In this document: piece after piece, positions 38,655-49,417 of the stretch
Numbering within the stretch: position 1 is the stretch's first letter
Layout: every line of letters begins with the position of its first letter
Origin: an uncultured delta proteobacterium
GTDB taxonomy: Bacteria > Desulfobacterota > Binatia > Binatales > Binataceae
Direction of reading: 5' to 3'
Assembly (NCBI GenBank): GCA_963717045.1
Contig: CAVQVD010000015.1
Coordinates: 687,747 to 751,746, forward strand
Length of the DNA: 64,000 nucleotides
The notes under the pieces: model-generated
What the model was told of the DNA's origin: nothing
What the model saw: the letters and a program-made list of their open reading frames with translations, nothing else
The model's database searches: none
Position numbers and translations under genes: made by a program

Positions 38655-40001
38655 TCACTGTACGATTTTCATCAACCCCTCGGGGCTCGCATATTGGCTC
38701 GCATCGAGGTACTGCGGCTGGCAGTCCCCATTGTAGCAGGAGGTTTGAGTCAGGCTTATCGAGACGTGCCTGTCGACAAAATTTATCGACCATCCGGCCT
38801 GCGGGCCATTTGTGCCCAACACCGAGCCCCCACTAGGCACACCAAGGGGGGTCCAGAATTGCGTGATAAATTTGAAAAGGCCGCCCCGCGGGTCGTAAAG
38901 CTCGATCGCCAGCGGCAAGAACGTTTCCTTGTCGATATACAGAACCCTGCGGCCATAACAGTAACCTTGGCTGTGCGCCGGGAGACGGGACATCTCGATC
39001 ACGTAGACATTTCTAAGTTCCCACTTGCCAAGGCTCGGCCTTCCCCAAGGCAGAATTCCCTTGGCCGCGGGGTAGTAGTAGTCGCCTGGCAGTTGAGTGG
39101 ACGTTCCGCACTGCCTGAGAGCGGCCGGCTCGCCATGCACCAGCGCGAGTATCCGCTTTTCGCCCAGGTACTTGATCTCGAACTGCTGCGGAAGACCTGG
39201 AGGTCCCAGCGCCGCATCTTCCCACGTGAAGTCGGAATTTTGCAGGGGCGCACAACGGGCCGCATCCGAGGAACGGATCGGCCGCCGGGAACTCGGGAGA
39301 TAGGTGTAGATGTCGTCGAGCTTGGTGATGTCGTCGTAGGTGAGATCGAGCGAAGTGGTATATTTTCCCTGTTCCGGAGCAATCTGCTGGATGTACTTGG
39401 CAAAGAAGTAGTTGCCCTCGGTCCGGATCGTGGAGGGCATCGCCGGATCGCTTATATGAGTCAGCTGGGAGTATACAACGTCCTCCTGCCCGCTGGCGGT
39501 GAAGTTACCGTAGGAATCGCCTGAGTAGCTGCAGAAGATGGAACGCTGAACGCGCGGATTGTAATGGTAGTATAGGTCGTAAAATATTGCGTATGGCGCA
39601 AGCGCTGACTGGCTAAGTGGATTGGGAAAAGGAATACCAGTGGTATATCCCTCTGGAATGTAGCCGCCATCGGGGAGTTTCCTGAGTGTCGCGTGGCCGG
39701 CGTTCTTTTCGGTAGCGGCCAGGTAACTCGGCGGAAGTGGCATCGGCAGAGTGGGCCCCACTTCCAGTTGAACGTCGGACGGCAGTTTCCAGAAGTATCC
39801 GCCGGCAAAGAGCGCCTGCATGGCGGGTGGCATGAACTGCTTGTAACGCTCCCAGTTAGCGTGGGTGATTTGAGTACCGGGTGGCAGCGTGGCGTCAGAG
39901 CGTGCGGCCTCAGCGGAGTATAATTCGCAACGCAGAGTGAACAGCAGCAGAACGGCGATAGACCCAATGATCGCCGCGTGCGAACGCCTGCCTGGTTTCA
40001 T
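38655..40001 (-). CDS. secreted hypothetical protein (DUF1329-like)
   Basis: Signal peptide; Tyr/Pro-rich 448-aa protein; family call is tentative. Confidence 0.45.
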   Translation of the reverse strand: MKPGRRSHAAIIGSIAVLLLFTLRCELYSAEAARSDATLPPGTQITHANWERYKQFMPPAMQALFAGGYFWKLPSDVQLEVGPTLPMPLPPSYLAATEKNAGHATLRKLPDGGYIPEGYTTGIPFPNPLSQSALAPYAIFYDLYYHYNPRVQRSIFCSYSGDSYGNFTASGQEDVVYSQLTHISDPAMPSTIRTEGNYFFAKYIQQIAPEQGKYTTSLDLTYDDITKLDDIYTYLPSSRRPIRSSDAARCAPLQNSDFTWEDAALGPPGLPQQFEIKYLGEKRILALVHGEPAALRQCGTSTQLPGDYYYPAAKGILPWGRPSLGKWELRNVYVIEMSRLPAHSQGYCYGRRVLYIDKETFLPLAIELYDPRGGLFKFITQFWTPLGVPSGGSVLGTNGPQAGWSINFVDRHVSISLTQTSCYNGDCQPQYLDASQYASPEGLMKIVQ

Positions 40002-40392
40002 GTTCGACGCTCCCCAATCGAGTTGAATTTCTCACTCACACCGGAGCGCAAGCATACAGTGGGCGCCGCGCGCGCGTCAAATCACAGGCTAACGATTGGG
40101 GCGCTGCCGAAACAGGCAGCAGCGGCCAGAGCACTAGGCAGGCAGAGTTATAGGAAATCGCGCTCAACCTGCAAGGGCTGAAACTACGTCGGTTAATCGT
40201 GTGTGTGGCTGACTGGATAATGGAAGTGAATAGTGCGTCTCGGTGGATGCATACTCGTGCCTGGAACGCGACGTCGGTTGTTTACGCGCGTCCGGCCCGC
40301 TTGCAAAGCCAGGGCAGGCGGGTGTTGAATTCCAGTCTAGAGGTGAGCGAGCGGCGGACGCGAAGAGTCTAGTCCCCGTGAGAAGAACTCCA

Positions 40393-41649
40393 ATGCTCTT
40401 CCGGCCAAGAAAGACAAATACACCTAAGCGGAGTGTGGCGGCGGCCGCTTTGCTCGTGGCGGCGGCTTCGCTCGCGCTGGTAGGCTGCAGTCGCGCGGAG
40501 CGTAGATCAAGTTCGGTGTCGCAGACGACGCAAGCCGCCGCTGCCTCAACCGCGACTCCGGCCGGCTACGTCTATGTAACCAACAATGGCGAAGGCACTG
40601 TGTCTGAGTTCAGCCGGCACGCTGACGGCGCGCTCGATTTTCTACGCACGGCAAAAGCCGGAGCAATAAACGGCCCCACTGGAATCGCGATCGATCCGTC
40701 CAGCCGCTTTCTCTACGTGACTAACGAGGGCGACGGCCGGATTTACGAATTCCGCATCAAACGCGACAGCGGCGACCTCGCGGCGATTGGGAATGGACCG
40801 GTGGACGCTGGAGCCGGAAGCCATCCACAGCAGATAGCGATTAGTCCCCGAGGCGACTTCGCATACGTCACCAATTACGGCAAAGGCATTGATGGTTCAA
40901 TTGCGGAATACGCAATCAACAACACGACCGGTGCGCTCAAGCCATTGGAGATATTTCGTGGTGGCGGTCTGCAGCGTCCGCTGGGGATCGCGTGCACGCC
41001 CAACGGCAGATTCGTTTACGTTTCCGACAGTGGCGCCGGAACGCTGGTCGCGTTCGCGGTCGAATCCTCCGGAAAACTTAAGCAGGTAGCGACTTCTCCC
41101 AGCCTTGGTGATAAGCCGGGGCAGCCCGGACTTGTCGCGATTCATCCATCTGGCAAATTTGTCTACACAGTCGACCGTGCGCTGGGTTTTGTGGTGGTGG
41201 CCAAGACCGCCGAGAACGGAAAGCTCAGCGTGATAAACACTTATCATGTTGGAATTTCGACCTCGGGGCCATTCGGTATCGCACTGGCGGCCGTGGGTTC
41301 GAAGATGTTCGTCTACACCGGCAACCGAGGCTCAGACACGATCTCTTCGCTCGAGGTGAAGCCGAACGGACTGGAGGTCGTGGGCGAGTGCCCAACCGGG
41401 ATGGGTTATCCGACCGGTATGGTGACCGATCCAAGCGGCCATCTTCTGTACGTGGTCAATCGCGATGCTTCGACGGTGACGCAGTTCGCGCTCGCCGCGG
41501 ACAATGGTATTGCGATCCTTCCGGCCGCTGCCGTCTTTACCGGGCTGGCACCCAGCGAAGCGAGCCATCCACTATATATTGCGATGACTCGTTGGGACGC
41601 GCCTTCTTCGGTAGCGCACGAAGAAACCCCGGAGCAACGGACGAATTGA
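40393..41649 (+). CDS. lipoprotein, lactonase-like seven-bladed beta-propeller (YVTN repeat family)
   Basis: Lipobox LALVGC; repeated YVTN/YVVN blades (FLYVTNEGDG, FAYVTNYGKG, LLYVVNRDAS). Confidence 0.7.
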   Translation: MLFRPRKTNTPKRSVAAAALLVAAASLALVGCSRAERRSSSVSQTTQAAAASTATPAGYVYVTNNGEGTVSEFSRHADGALDFLRTAKAGAINGPTGIAIDPSSRFLYVTNEGDGRIYEFRIKRDSGDLAAIGNGPVDAGAGSHPQQIAISPRGDFAYVTNYGKGIDGSIAEYAINNTTGALKPLEIFRGGGLQRPLGIACTPNGRFVYVSDSGAGTLVAFAVESSGKLKQVATSPSLGDKPGQPGLVAIHPSGKFVYTVDRALGFVVVAKTAENGKLSVINTYHVGISTSGPFGIALAAVGSKMFVYTGNRGSDTISSLEVKPNGLEVVGECPTGMGYPTGMVTDPSGHLLYVVNRDASTVTQFALAADNGIAILPAAAVFTGLAPSEASHPLYIAMTRWDAPSSVAHEETPEQRTN

Positions 41650-41679
41650 GCTTTCCGCGGATTTAAAAATTCGCGAGTC

Positions 41680-42864
41680 TCAACCGCGCGTGCTTTTGAG
41701 CTCGACCGGGGCATAGAAGGGCCGGTCTCCGAGAGCATCGATAGCGCGGAAGAATTCCGGGCCTGACGCACTACCGTCCTCTTCAAGTTGCATCGTCTGG
41801 CGCAGATAATTCCAGCGCTCCGGGCATAGCCGCCGAGTCTCCTGAAAGTAACGCTTGGCTTCCTCCGCGTGTCCCTGATGATGGAGGTACTGTCCGACTC
41901 TAAAATAGGCCGTGGCAAGCGGATCGACGTTCACGGGCGCATGAATTCGCCTGCGAACCTCTTCGGCGGAGAGCACGTACTCACTGGCTTCACCTTTGGC
42001 CACCCAGTCGCGGATAGCGTCGACGTAAGTTCTGCGGATCGCTCGGCCGCGCTCGATCGCTTCCTTCTTCATCTGGAAGGTGGTGCGATCCATCGAACGG
42101 AACCCATCGTTGGTGCCAGCAGCCTCCGCAGGACGCACGATCTTGCCGCGCTCGTCGATCCACACGGCCATCGGTACGTTGGTCATGTTGTATAGCTCGG
42201 CAACCACGTGGCGTTCGTCGATTAGATTGGGATAAGTGGGAGCCGCCGCGCGATCGCATAGCGCCGCGTCCCATCCCATGATTTCCTGAAACAAGGGATC
42301 GATCCGCACCGGTTCCGGCGGTTTGATGAAATCACGCACCGCGGCAGTCCCGCCGCTATCGAATGCTACAGAGACAATCACAAAGTTGCGGTCTTTCAGT
42401 TCGTTGTAGATAGCCTGCCAGACTGGCAGGTCAAAGCGGCATCCTCACCAGCTTGCCCACGAAAGCAGGAGAACCTTGCGGCCCCGGTAGTCCGAAAGCG
42501 AATGCAAGTTGCCTTCCATATCCGGCAAAGTGAAATCGGGGGCGTCAAGCGACTCGAGGGCGGCGCGCCGCGTATCCGCCGACTCACCAAAGAACCAAAG
42601 TGAATGCGGGTCGTCGTGGACGACGGGTTGGCCGAGCTGCCGAGCCAGGGCTGCTAAGTTGACCAAGTCGCCGGCACGCAAAAAGTCGTCACGGCGGCCG
42701 GGTGGAACCGGCACGCAGCGCTCATCGCGACAAAGGCCCTGTGGCTTGAGCTCCCAGCCCGTCGCGGCACGCAGCTCGCTCACAGGCATCCAGAGATCGT
42801 CAGCCTGGGCCTGGGCGTTCTCGACGGTCACGGGCTGATCTTCGTAAATAATAGTCACTGCCAT
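41680..42864 (-). CDS. TlpA/ResA-like thioredoxin-fold oxidoreductase with in-frame TGA at catalytic position (candidate selenoprotein, W-U-G-C); otherwise two ORFs 42445-42864 and 41680-42381 in the same frame
   Basis: APDFTLPDMEG...RKVLLLSWASW-TGA-GCRFD...NVPMAVWIDERGKIV is a continuous redoxin fold if TGA is read as Sec/Cys; no frameshift. Confidence 0.5.
42414..42430 (-). promoter_or_regulatory. SECIS-like hairpin (CCUGCCA-GUC-UGGCAGG) 14 nt downstream of the in-frame UGA
   Basis: Perfect 7-bp stem with GUC loop, close to E. coli fdhF minimal SECIS (apical GGUC) in shape and spacing. Confidence 0.4.
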
Positions 42865-42948
42865 CGATTTCCCTCCGGCGCGGCGCTTACGGAGTTAATA
42901 CTAGCTCAAAATCAAGCAGATTCTCAAAGCCGGCGCGATAGCCACTAA

Positions 42949-43509
42949 TCAGTTCTTGGCCTGGGTTATGGTGACCGAGGAAATGAGCTTGAGAGCGCGC
43001 TGCTTTTCGGCAGAGGACAGGTTGTCGGCCGGATCCATCGGCGCGTAAGTTACCTGTAGCTCCCATGGTCCGATGTAAGCAATCCGCTGCAGCAGGTAGC
43101 GTTCGCCCTTTTGACCGGGGCATCCGATTCCGCGCATCTCGAAAATCACATTCTCAGCGGTCTTGCTAAGCGTCGTAGCGATGGCTTTCTGACACTGCTG
43201 GTTGGCCGTATGAACGAGGGCGTTGACGACCGCTTGGGGCGAGTCGAACGTGGGCTTGGGAGTCTGAGCAAGCACCACCCGGACCTTTGCGGTCGCCGGC
43301 GCCTCGCCCTTACGCACCAGAACCTTTACCGTCGCGCGTGGAGCGTGCTGGTCGCGGACCACCTGCCAATCTTCCCAGCCCATCGCGGGTGGCAAGTTCA
43401 TCTGATCACCGGCCGGCTCTTTCACGGCCGGAGTGGCCGCGCTCGTGACTGGCCGAGCGACCATCAATGGCAACAGGCAAATCAGGAACGAGAAGCTGGT
43501 AGCTCTCAT
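42949..43509 (-). CDS. secreted hypothetical protein
   Basis: Signal peptide MRATSFSFLICLLPLMVARPVTSAA; no recognisable domain. Confidence 0.4.
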   Translation of the reverse strand: MRATSFSFLICLLPLMVARPVTSAATPAVKEPAGDQMNLPPAMGWEDWQVVRDQHAPRATVKVLVRKGEAPATAKVRVVLAQTPKPTFDSPQAVVNALVHTANQQCQKAIATTLSKTAENVIFEMRGIGCPGQKGERYLLQRIAYIGPWELQVTYAPMDPADNLSSAEKQRALKLISSVTITQAKN

Positions 43510-43591
43510 TGCGCGCGAGATTAACAAAGTCAGGGAACCTGCGCCAGCAAAGACCCCGTATGTCCGGCAATGGCGGCAGACCTACGAACGT

Positions 43592-44605
43592 TTAGCGTTG
43601 ATGTCCCACCCAGTCAGCGCTGTTCAATGAAGACAAAAACTTGTTCAGATACGAATCGCTACGGCCGTTGAACCAGCTTCCCGAAAAATGAGTCTCGATA
43701 CAGCCATAGGCAAGATATTGAAGATTGTTCCATCCAGAGACGTTTGAAGGTGCGTTGGGGTTAGACGCCGCATTGTTGACGGCATTCGCATAGTCGGCTC
43801 CCGATTTCCTGTTTTGTGAATGGAAATAGCTATATTGATCGCCGTTCACGCATCCACGCATCTCGGCGTAGCGATAATCCAAGCTGAAGGAGGTTGACTC
43901 TTCTATCATCGGCCATGTGGCCCACTCGTAATACACTTTGGTCTGGGCGATGCCCCACGAGTCATACTGATTCGTTCCACTTAGTCCGCCAAACCCCTCC
44001 ATCTCACAGAATTGCCCGTTAGGCGTGACCGAAGTTACTACCCCGCCCGTGATCGAGGTCGGGGTACAGCCGGATGGGCTGTTTTCATCCCCACCCTCGT
44101 TGCATCCGGAGCCTCCGTGCGCTGCAGCACAATCTTGATGCCAGCCGCTCTCGATCCATGCCTGCGCACGTATGTAGTCTTCGTCAATCCCCCACTTGCA
44201 CGCGGTGATGCGAATCAGGTCATCTGTCGTCCCCGAGTAATTGCCATCAACCTGGGCGAAGTCCGTTTGTGGAAGTTCGCTGCAACAGGGGGCGTCGGCG
44301 TAGAAATAGGATGGAATCTGCCCGGCCGCATTATTTGAATTCCACTGCGTAGGGCTCCCATCGTTTTCATTCCATGGTGCGTTTTCCGGGAGGGGAGACG
44401 CATTCACTGCTGTAGCGCAGCTTCCTTCGGTAGGCAATTTCGCACCGGGACCGAACATGGAATAGTGTCCTGGCGGAACAGCAGTCGGCGACGGGATGGG
44501 GGTTGGAGTCGGACGAGTAGCTGCCGGCGATGCCAGCGCCATTAGCAACACGCAAAGCAGAACGACAAGGCATGCTACATGAAACGCAGACACCTTAATT
44601 GTCAT
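43592..44605 (-). CDS. secreted Cys-rich hypothetical protein
   Basis: GGGGGA RBS before MTIKV start; signal peptide; Pro/Thr linker; many Cys/Trp. Confidence 0.45.
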   Translation of the reverse strand: MTIKVSAFHVACLVVLLCVLLMALASPAATRPTPTPIPSPTAVPPGHYSMFGPGAKLPTEGSCATAVNASPLPENAPWNENDGSPTQWNSNNAAGQIPSYFYADAPCCSELPQTDFAQVDGNYSGTTDDLIRITACKWGIDEDYIRAQAWIESGWHQDCAAAHGGSGCNEGGDENSPSGCTPTSITGGVVTSVTPNGQFCEMEGFGGLSGTNQYDSWGIAQTKVYYEWATWPMIEESTSFSLDYRYAEMRGCVNGDQYSYFHSQNRKSGADYANAVNNAASNPNAPSNVSGWNNLQYLAYGCIETHFSGSWFNGRSDSYLNKFLSSLNSADWVGHQR

Positions 44606-45080
44606 ATACTCGTCCCCCGCCACGAGCTGCTGCTGCCCTAGTGAACCACGCGCACTGGCCGTCCTTAGAGATGCGCCGGAGAGATACGCCGCTGGCTCGG
44701 GAATGTGCCGCTAGCAAGATCGAACTGATCGCTGCGGGCAGAACCGCCTAAAATTTGTGTATCTACGACGTGGAGCTATAAGGAGGATGCGGAATAAGAA
44801 GATGTCGGCGTGGCCCCCCCAAGTGCCGACGAAATTAAAGTATCATCATGGCGAAGTCAAGCGTTCTGTTCCCGAACGAAATCGCCCAGGCGCCTCCAAG
44901 TCGCCTGGGTGGAAGATATGGAAAATAGCGGGCCAGCTTTGTTGCGTGGTGGAAAATTGTCGCTGCGATCCGCCTGTAACCGAGGGCCGTGCTTTAACGT
45001 CTCATAAGGCATAAATTGATACGAAGAGAACACCCGACCGTGCGCGGTAAAGCTCCGGCTGGTGCTACAAAACGAAGGAA

Positions 45081-46304
45081 ATGATGGATTCAAGCGCTCC
45101 GCCAGGAGGAGGCGCCAGGGATGTGTACCTCGCACAAAGGGGGCGGACGTCCATTCGTTGGGCTTGGGTCACGCTCCTTCTGGTTGCCGTCGTCGTAGCC
45201 GGATACTTTTTGCTGGCCCGACTCGTCGGATCTCATAGCCCCTCCGCCTCGGCCGCGGTTCACCCGGGGGTGCCGGTTTCGGCGATGGCAGTGACGCGCG
45301 GCGACCTCAACCGCTACCTGACCGCGATAGGAACCGTGACTGCCTTCAACACCGTGACGGTGAAGACGAGAGTCGACGGCCAGATCGTCAGAGTCGCCTT
45401 CAAGGAAGGTCAGACAATGCATCAAGGCGACCTGCTGGTGGAAATCGATCCGCGGCCATACCAGGCGACACTGGAACAGGCCGTGGGGCAACTGGCGAAA
45501 GATGAAGCCACGCTGGCCAATGCGAGAATCACCTTGGAGCGGGATCGTGCGTTATTTCAACAGGGGGTGATCGCAGCCCAGGACTTTGACAATCAGCAAT
45601 CGCTGGTAGGCCAGTCCGCGGGAGCGGTGGCAAGCGACAGGGCCAATATCGCGGCTGCCAAGGTGCAGGTGGCATATACCCGGATAACCTCGCCGATCAC
45701 GGGACGCATCGGGTTGCGCCTCGTGGACCAGGGCAACATCGTGCACGCGACCGATGCCACGGGTCTCGCGGTAATTACTCAGTTGCAGCCGATAGCGGTC
45801 GATTTCAGCATTCCCGAAGACAACCTGCCACAAATAATCAAGGACATGCGGCAGGGACAGGAGTTGCCCGCCGACGCGTTCGACCGGGAGCTCAAGACGC
45901 AACTCGCGACGGGTACGCTCGAAACCTTCGATAGCCAGATCGATCAAACTACCGGAACGATCAAGCTGAAAGCGGTCTTTTCTAACTCTGACTATTCGTT
46001 GTTTCCCAACCAGTTCGTCAATATCAAATTGCTGGTGGACACGCTGCGCGATACCCTATTGGTGCCGGCGGCCGCGGTGCAGAGAAATCCGCAGGGTACG
46101 TTTGTATATGTAGTCAAACGAGATAACACGGTCGAGGTGCGCACCGTAGCCGTAGCCGCTTCGCAGGGAGACATGATCGCTCTCAGTTCCGGGTTGGCGG
46201 CGGGCGAGATGGTGGTGACCGACGGACTGGACAAGCTGCAGGCGGGCACCAAGGTGATCGCCCAGGTGCCAGTCAAGGCAACGGTGCAGAGGAGCAGCCA
46301 GTGA
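45081..46304 (+). CDS. mdtA: RND efflux membrane fusion (periplasmic adaptor) protein
   Basis: Biotinyl-lipoyl/beta-barrel MFP pattern, 4-nt overlap with downstream permease. Confidence 0.8.
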   Translation: MMDSSAPPGGGARDVYLAQRGRTSIRWAWVTLLLVAVVVAGYFLLARLVGSHSPSASAAVHPGVPVSAMAVTRGDLNRYLTAIGTVTAFNTVTVKTRVDGQIVRVAFKEGQTMHQGDLLVEIDPRPYQATLEQAVGQLAKDEATLANARITLERDRALFQQGVIAAQDFDNQQSLVGQSAGAVASDRANIAAAKVQVAYTRITSPITGRIGLRLVDQGNIVHATDATGLAVITQLQPIAVDFSIPEDNLPQIIKDMRQGQELPADAFDRELKTQLATGTLETFDSQIDQTTGTIKLKAVFSNSDYSLFPNQFVNIKLLVDTLRDTLLVPAAAVQRNPQGTFVYVVKRDNTVEVRTVAVAASQGDMIALSSGLAAGEMVVTDGLDKLQAGTKVIAQVPVKATVQRSSQ

Positions 46305-49300
46305 ATCCGTCGCGGCTGTTCATTCTGCGGCCGGTGGCAACTTCGCTCCTGATGGCCGGTATCCTGCTCGCGGGTCTGGTCGCCTATCGCCAGTTACCGG
46401 TCTCGGCGCTGCCGGAGGTGGACTACCCGACGATCCAAGTTCTCACGTTTTATCCCGGAGCGAGCCCGGACGTGATGGCGTCGTCGGTCACCTCGCCGCT
46501 GGAGCGCCAGTTCGGCCAGGTCCCCGGGCTCAACCAGATGACCTCGAACAGCTCATTCGGCAGTTCGGTCATAACGCTCCAGTTCGTACTCAGTCTCAAC
46601 ATCGACGTGGCTGAGCAGGAAGTGCAGGCTGCGATCAATGCAGCTTCGACCTATTTGCCCACGGATCTGCCTAATCCGCCAATCTACAACAAGATCAATC
46701 CGGCTGACGCTCCGATCCTTACGCTCGCCCTGACCTCGACTCAGCTGCCATTGACCCAGGTGGAAGATTTGGCAGACACGCGCCTGGCGCAAAAAATATC
46801 GCAGGTGTCCGGGGTTGGACTGGTCAGTATCAGCGGCGGGCAAAAGCCGGCGGTGCGGGTCCAGGCCAATCCGACTGCGTTAGCTTCTTACGGCCTGAGC
46901 CTCGAGAGTCTCCGCAGCGCGATCGCGGCGGCCAACATCGACGAGGCCAAGGGAAATTTCGACGGGCCGCAGCAAGCCTACACCATCGGCGACAACGACC
47001 AGTTGCTCACGAGCGCGGACTATCGGCCACTGATAGTGGCCTACCGCAATGGCGCGCCAGTGCGGCTGGAAAACGTGGCTCGGATCATCGACGATGCCGA
47101 GAACGTCAAAGAGGCGGCCTGGATGAATACGGTGCCGGCGGTGATTCTCAACGTTCAGCGGCAGCCGGGCGCCAACATCATCGCGGTGGTGGATAAAGTG
47201 AAGGCGCTGTTGCCGCGCCTGCAGAGCTCGCTGCCGGGATCGGTGAAGGTGGTCGTACTCACGGATCGCACCACTACGATTCGGGCCTCAGTGCAGGACG
47301 TGGAGTTCGAGTTGCTGCTGACTATCGCGCTGGTAGTGATGGTCATCTTTTTGTTCCTGCGCAATCTATCGGCGACGGTCATTCCCAGCGTGGCGGTTCC
47401 GCTTTCCCTAATTGGCACGTTCGGCGTGATGTACCTGCTGGGGTACAGCCTCAACAACCTAACACTCATGGCGCTGACAATCTCGACCGGCTTCGTGGTC
47501 GATGATGCAATCGTCATGATCGAGAATATCGCCCGCTATATCGAGGAAGGTGACGCGCCGCTCGCGGCAGCTTTGAAAGGCTCGCAGCAGATTGGCTTCA
47601 CGATTTTGTCTTTGACCGTCTCGCTGATCGCGGTGCTGATTCCGCTGCTCTTCATGGGTGACATCGTGGGCCGCCTGTTCCGCGAATTCGCGATCACGCT
47701 CGCCGTCACCATCCTGGTTTCGGCGGTGGTTTCGCTGACGCTGACCCCGATGATGTGCGCGAGGCTGCTAAAGCATACGCCCGAGGCCGAACAAGGCCGA
47801 TTCTACCGCGTGACCGGACGAATGTTCGACGCCACCATCGAGTACTATGGGACGACCCTGCAATGGGTGCTGCGCCATCAGAATGCGACGCTATTGGTGG
47901 CGGTGGGCACGTTGGTTCTCACAGTAGTGCTCTACATCATCGCGCCCAAAGGTTTCTTTCCCCTACAGGATACCGGGGTGATTCAAGGAGTATCGGAGTC
48001 GTCGCCCGCCGCGTCCTTTCCGGCGATGGTGGAGCGCCAGCAAGCGTTGGCGCAGGTGATTCTCAAAGACCCCGCGGTCGAAAGCCTGTCCTCGTTCATT
48101 GGCATCGATGGGATCAACACCACCATGAACAGCGGCCGATTTCTGATCAACCTCAAGCCGCTGGCGCAACGCAAAGTCAACATCAGTGCGGTGATTGACC
48201 GCCTGCAGCCGCAACTTGCCAAGGTTCGGGAAATCACGCTGTTTCTGCAGCCGGTCCAGGATTTGACCGTCGAGGACCGGGTCAGCCGCACGCAGTATCA
48301 GTACAGCCTGGAAGACCCCAACGTGAATGAGTTGAACACCTGGACCGCCAAGCTGATGGCGAAACTCGCCACGGTGCCAGAGTTGCGCGACGTAGCTACC
48401 GATCAGCAGAACAACGGTTCACAGGTCGAGTTGGTAATCGATCGCAGCACCGCGTCGCGGCTGGGGATCACGCCGCAGATGATCGACGACACGCTCTATG
48501 ACGCGTTCGGGCAGCGCCAGGTATCCACGATGTTCACGCAGCTAAATCAATATCACGTGGTGCTCGAGGTCGATCCCGAATTCCAGAGCAATCCGCGCGC
48601 GCTTCGCGACATCTATCTCTCGTCGCCGACTGGAGGATCGGTGCCGCTCAGCACCTTCGTGCACTTCGAGCCGAGCAAAGTGCCCTTGATCGTGAGTCAT
48701 CAGGGGCAATTCCCGGCGGTCACTATCTCGTTCAATCTGGCGCCCGGCTATTCGCTCGGCAACGCGGTAACCGCGATCGAGACCGCCCAGCGCGAGATTG
48801 GGATGCCGGCCAGCGTCGAGACCGCATTCCAAGGCACCGCGCAGGCCTTCGAGGCTTCGCTCCGCAACGAACCGCTTTTGATCCTGGCTGCGCTCGTCAC
48901 TGTGTACATCGTCTTGGGCGTGCTGTACGAAAGTTATATCCATCCGATCACGATTCTCTCGACGCTGCCATCGGCAGGGGTCGGAGCGATTCTCGCTCTG
49001 TTGCTTTGCGGCAGCGATCTCAACGTGATCGCCCTCATTGGAATCATTCTGCTGATCGGTATTGTCAAAAAAAACGGCATCATGATTGTCGATTTTGCGC
49101 TCGAAGCCCAGCGAAAGGAGGGCAAGCCCGCGACCGACGCTATTTATCAGGCTTGCCTGCTTCGCTTTCGGCCGATCATGATGACCACGATGGCCGCGCT
49201 GCTCGCCGGCTTGCCGCTGGCGCTGGGCAGCGGCACTGGCTCGGAGTTGCGCCGTCCGCTCGGAATCGCGATGGTCGGGGGACTGCTGCTCAGTCAACTG

Positions 49301-49417
49301 CTGACGCTGTATACGACCCCAGTGATTTTTCTCGCCTTCGAGCGCCTCGCGGCACGGACGACAACGGCGTCTGGTGACTCCGCGCACCCTGAGCCGGACC
49401 TCGCGCGCGCCTCATGA
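46301..49417 (+). CDS. mdtB: RND multidrug efflux permease (MdtB-like)
   Basis: 1038 aa, 12-TM RND pattern, tandem with second permease. Confidence 0.85.
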   Translation: MNPSRLFILRPVATSLLMAGILLAGLVAYRQLPVSALPEVDYPTIQVLTFYPGASPDVMASSVTSPLERQFGQVPGLNQMTSNSSFGSSVITLQFVLSLNIDVAEQEVQAAINAASTYLPTDLPNPPIYNKINPADAPILTLALTSTQLPLTQVEDLADTRLAQKISQVSGVGLVSISGGQKPAVRVQANPTALASYGLSLESLRSAIAAANIDEAKGNFDGPQQAYTIGDNDQLLTSADYRPLIVAYRNGAPVRLENVARIIDDAENVKEAAWMNTVPAVILNVQRQPGANIIAVVDKVKALLPRLQSSLPGSVKVVVLTDRTTTIRASVQDVEFELLLTIALVVMVIFLFLRNLSATVIPSVAVPLSLIGTFGVMYLLGYSLNNLTLMALTISTGFVVDDAIVMIENIARYIEEGDAPLAAALKGSQQIGFTILSLTVSLIAVLIPLLFMGDIVGRLFREFAITLAVTILVSAVVSLTLTPMMCARLLKHTPEAEQGRFYRVTGRMFDATIEYYGTTLQWVLRHQNATLLVAVGTLVLTVVLYIIAPKGFFPLQDTGVIQGVSESSPAASFPAMVERQQALAQVILKDPAVESLSSFIGIDGINTTMNSGRFLINLKPLAQRKVNISAVIDRLQPQLAKVREITLFLQPVQDLTVEDRVSRTQYQYSLEDPNVNELNTWTAKLMAKLATVPELRDVATDQQNNGSQVELVIDRSTASRLGITPQMIDDTLYDAFGQRQVSTMFTQLNQYHVVLEVDPEFQSNPRALRDIYLSSPTGGSVPLSTFVHFEPSKVPLIVSHQGQFPAVTISFNLAPGYSLGNAVTAIETAQREIGMPASVETAFQGTAQAFEASLRNEPLLILAALVTVYIVLGVLYESYIHPITILSTLPSAGVGAILALLLCGSDLNVIALIGIILLIGIVKKNGIMIVDFALEAQRKEGKPATDAIYQACLLRFRPIMMTTMAALLAGLPLALGSGTGSELRRPLGIAMVGGLLLSQLLTLYTTPVIFLAFERLAARTTTASGDSAHPEPDLARAS

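Noticed and set aside
38580-39524. 314-aa plus-strand ORF opposite the DUF1329-like gene
   Set aside because: The opposite-strand frame has the signal peptide and coherent domain-like sequence. This one does not.
42445-42447. In-frame TGA of the TlpA-like gene considered as a simple nonsense mutation or pseudogene
   Set aside because: Not rejected outright, but judged less likely than Sec. The stop falls exactly at the catalytic Cys codon, is a single-base change from TGC, is in frame throughout, and is followed by an fdhF-like hairpin. It is reported as a finding instead.
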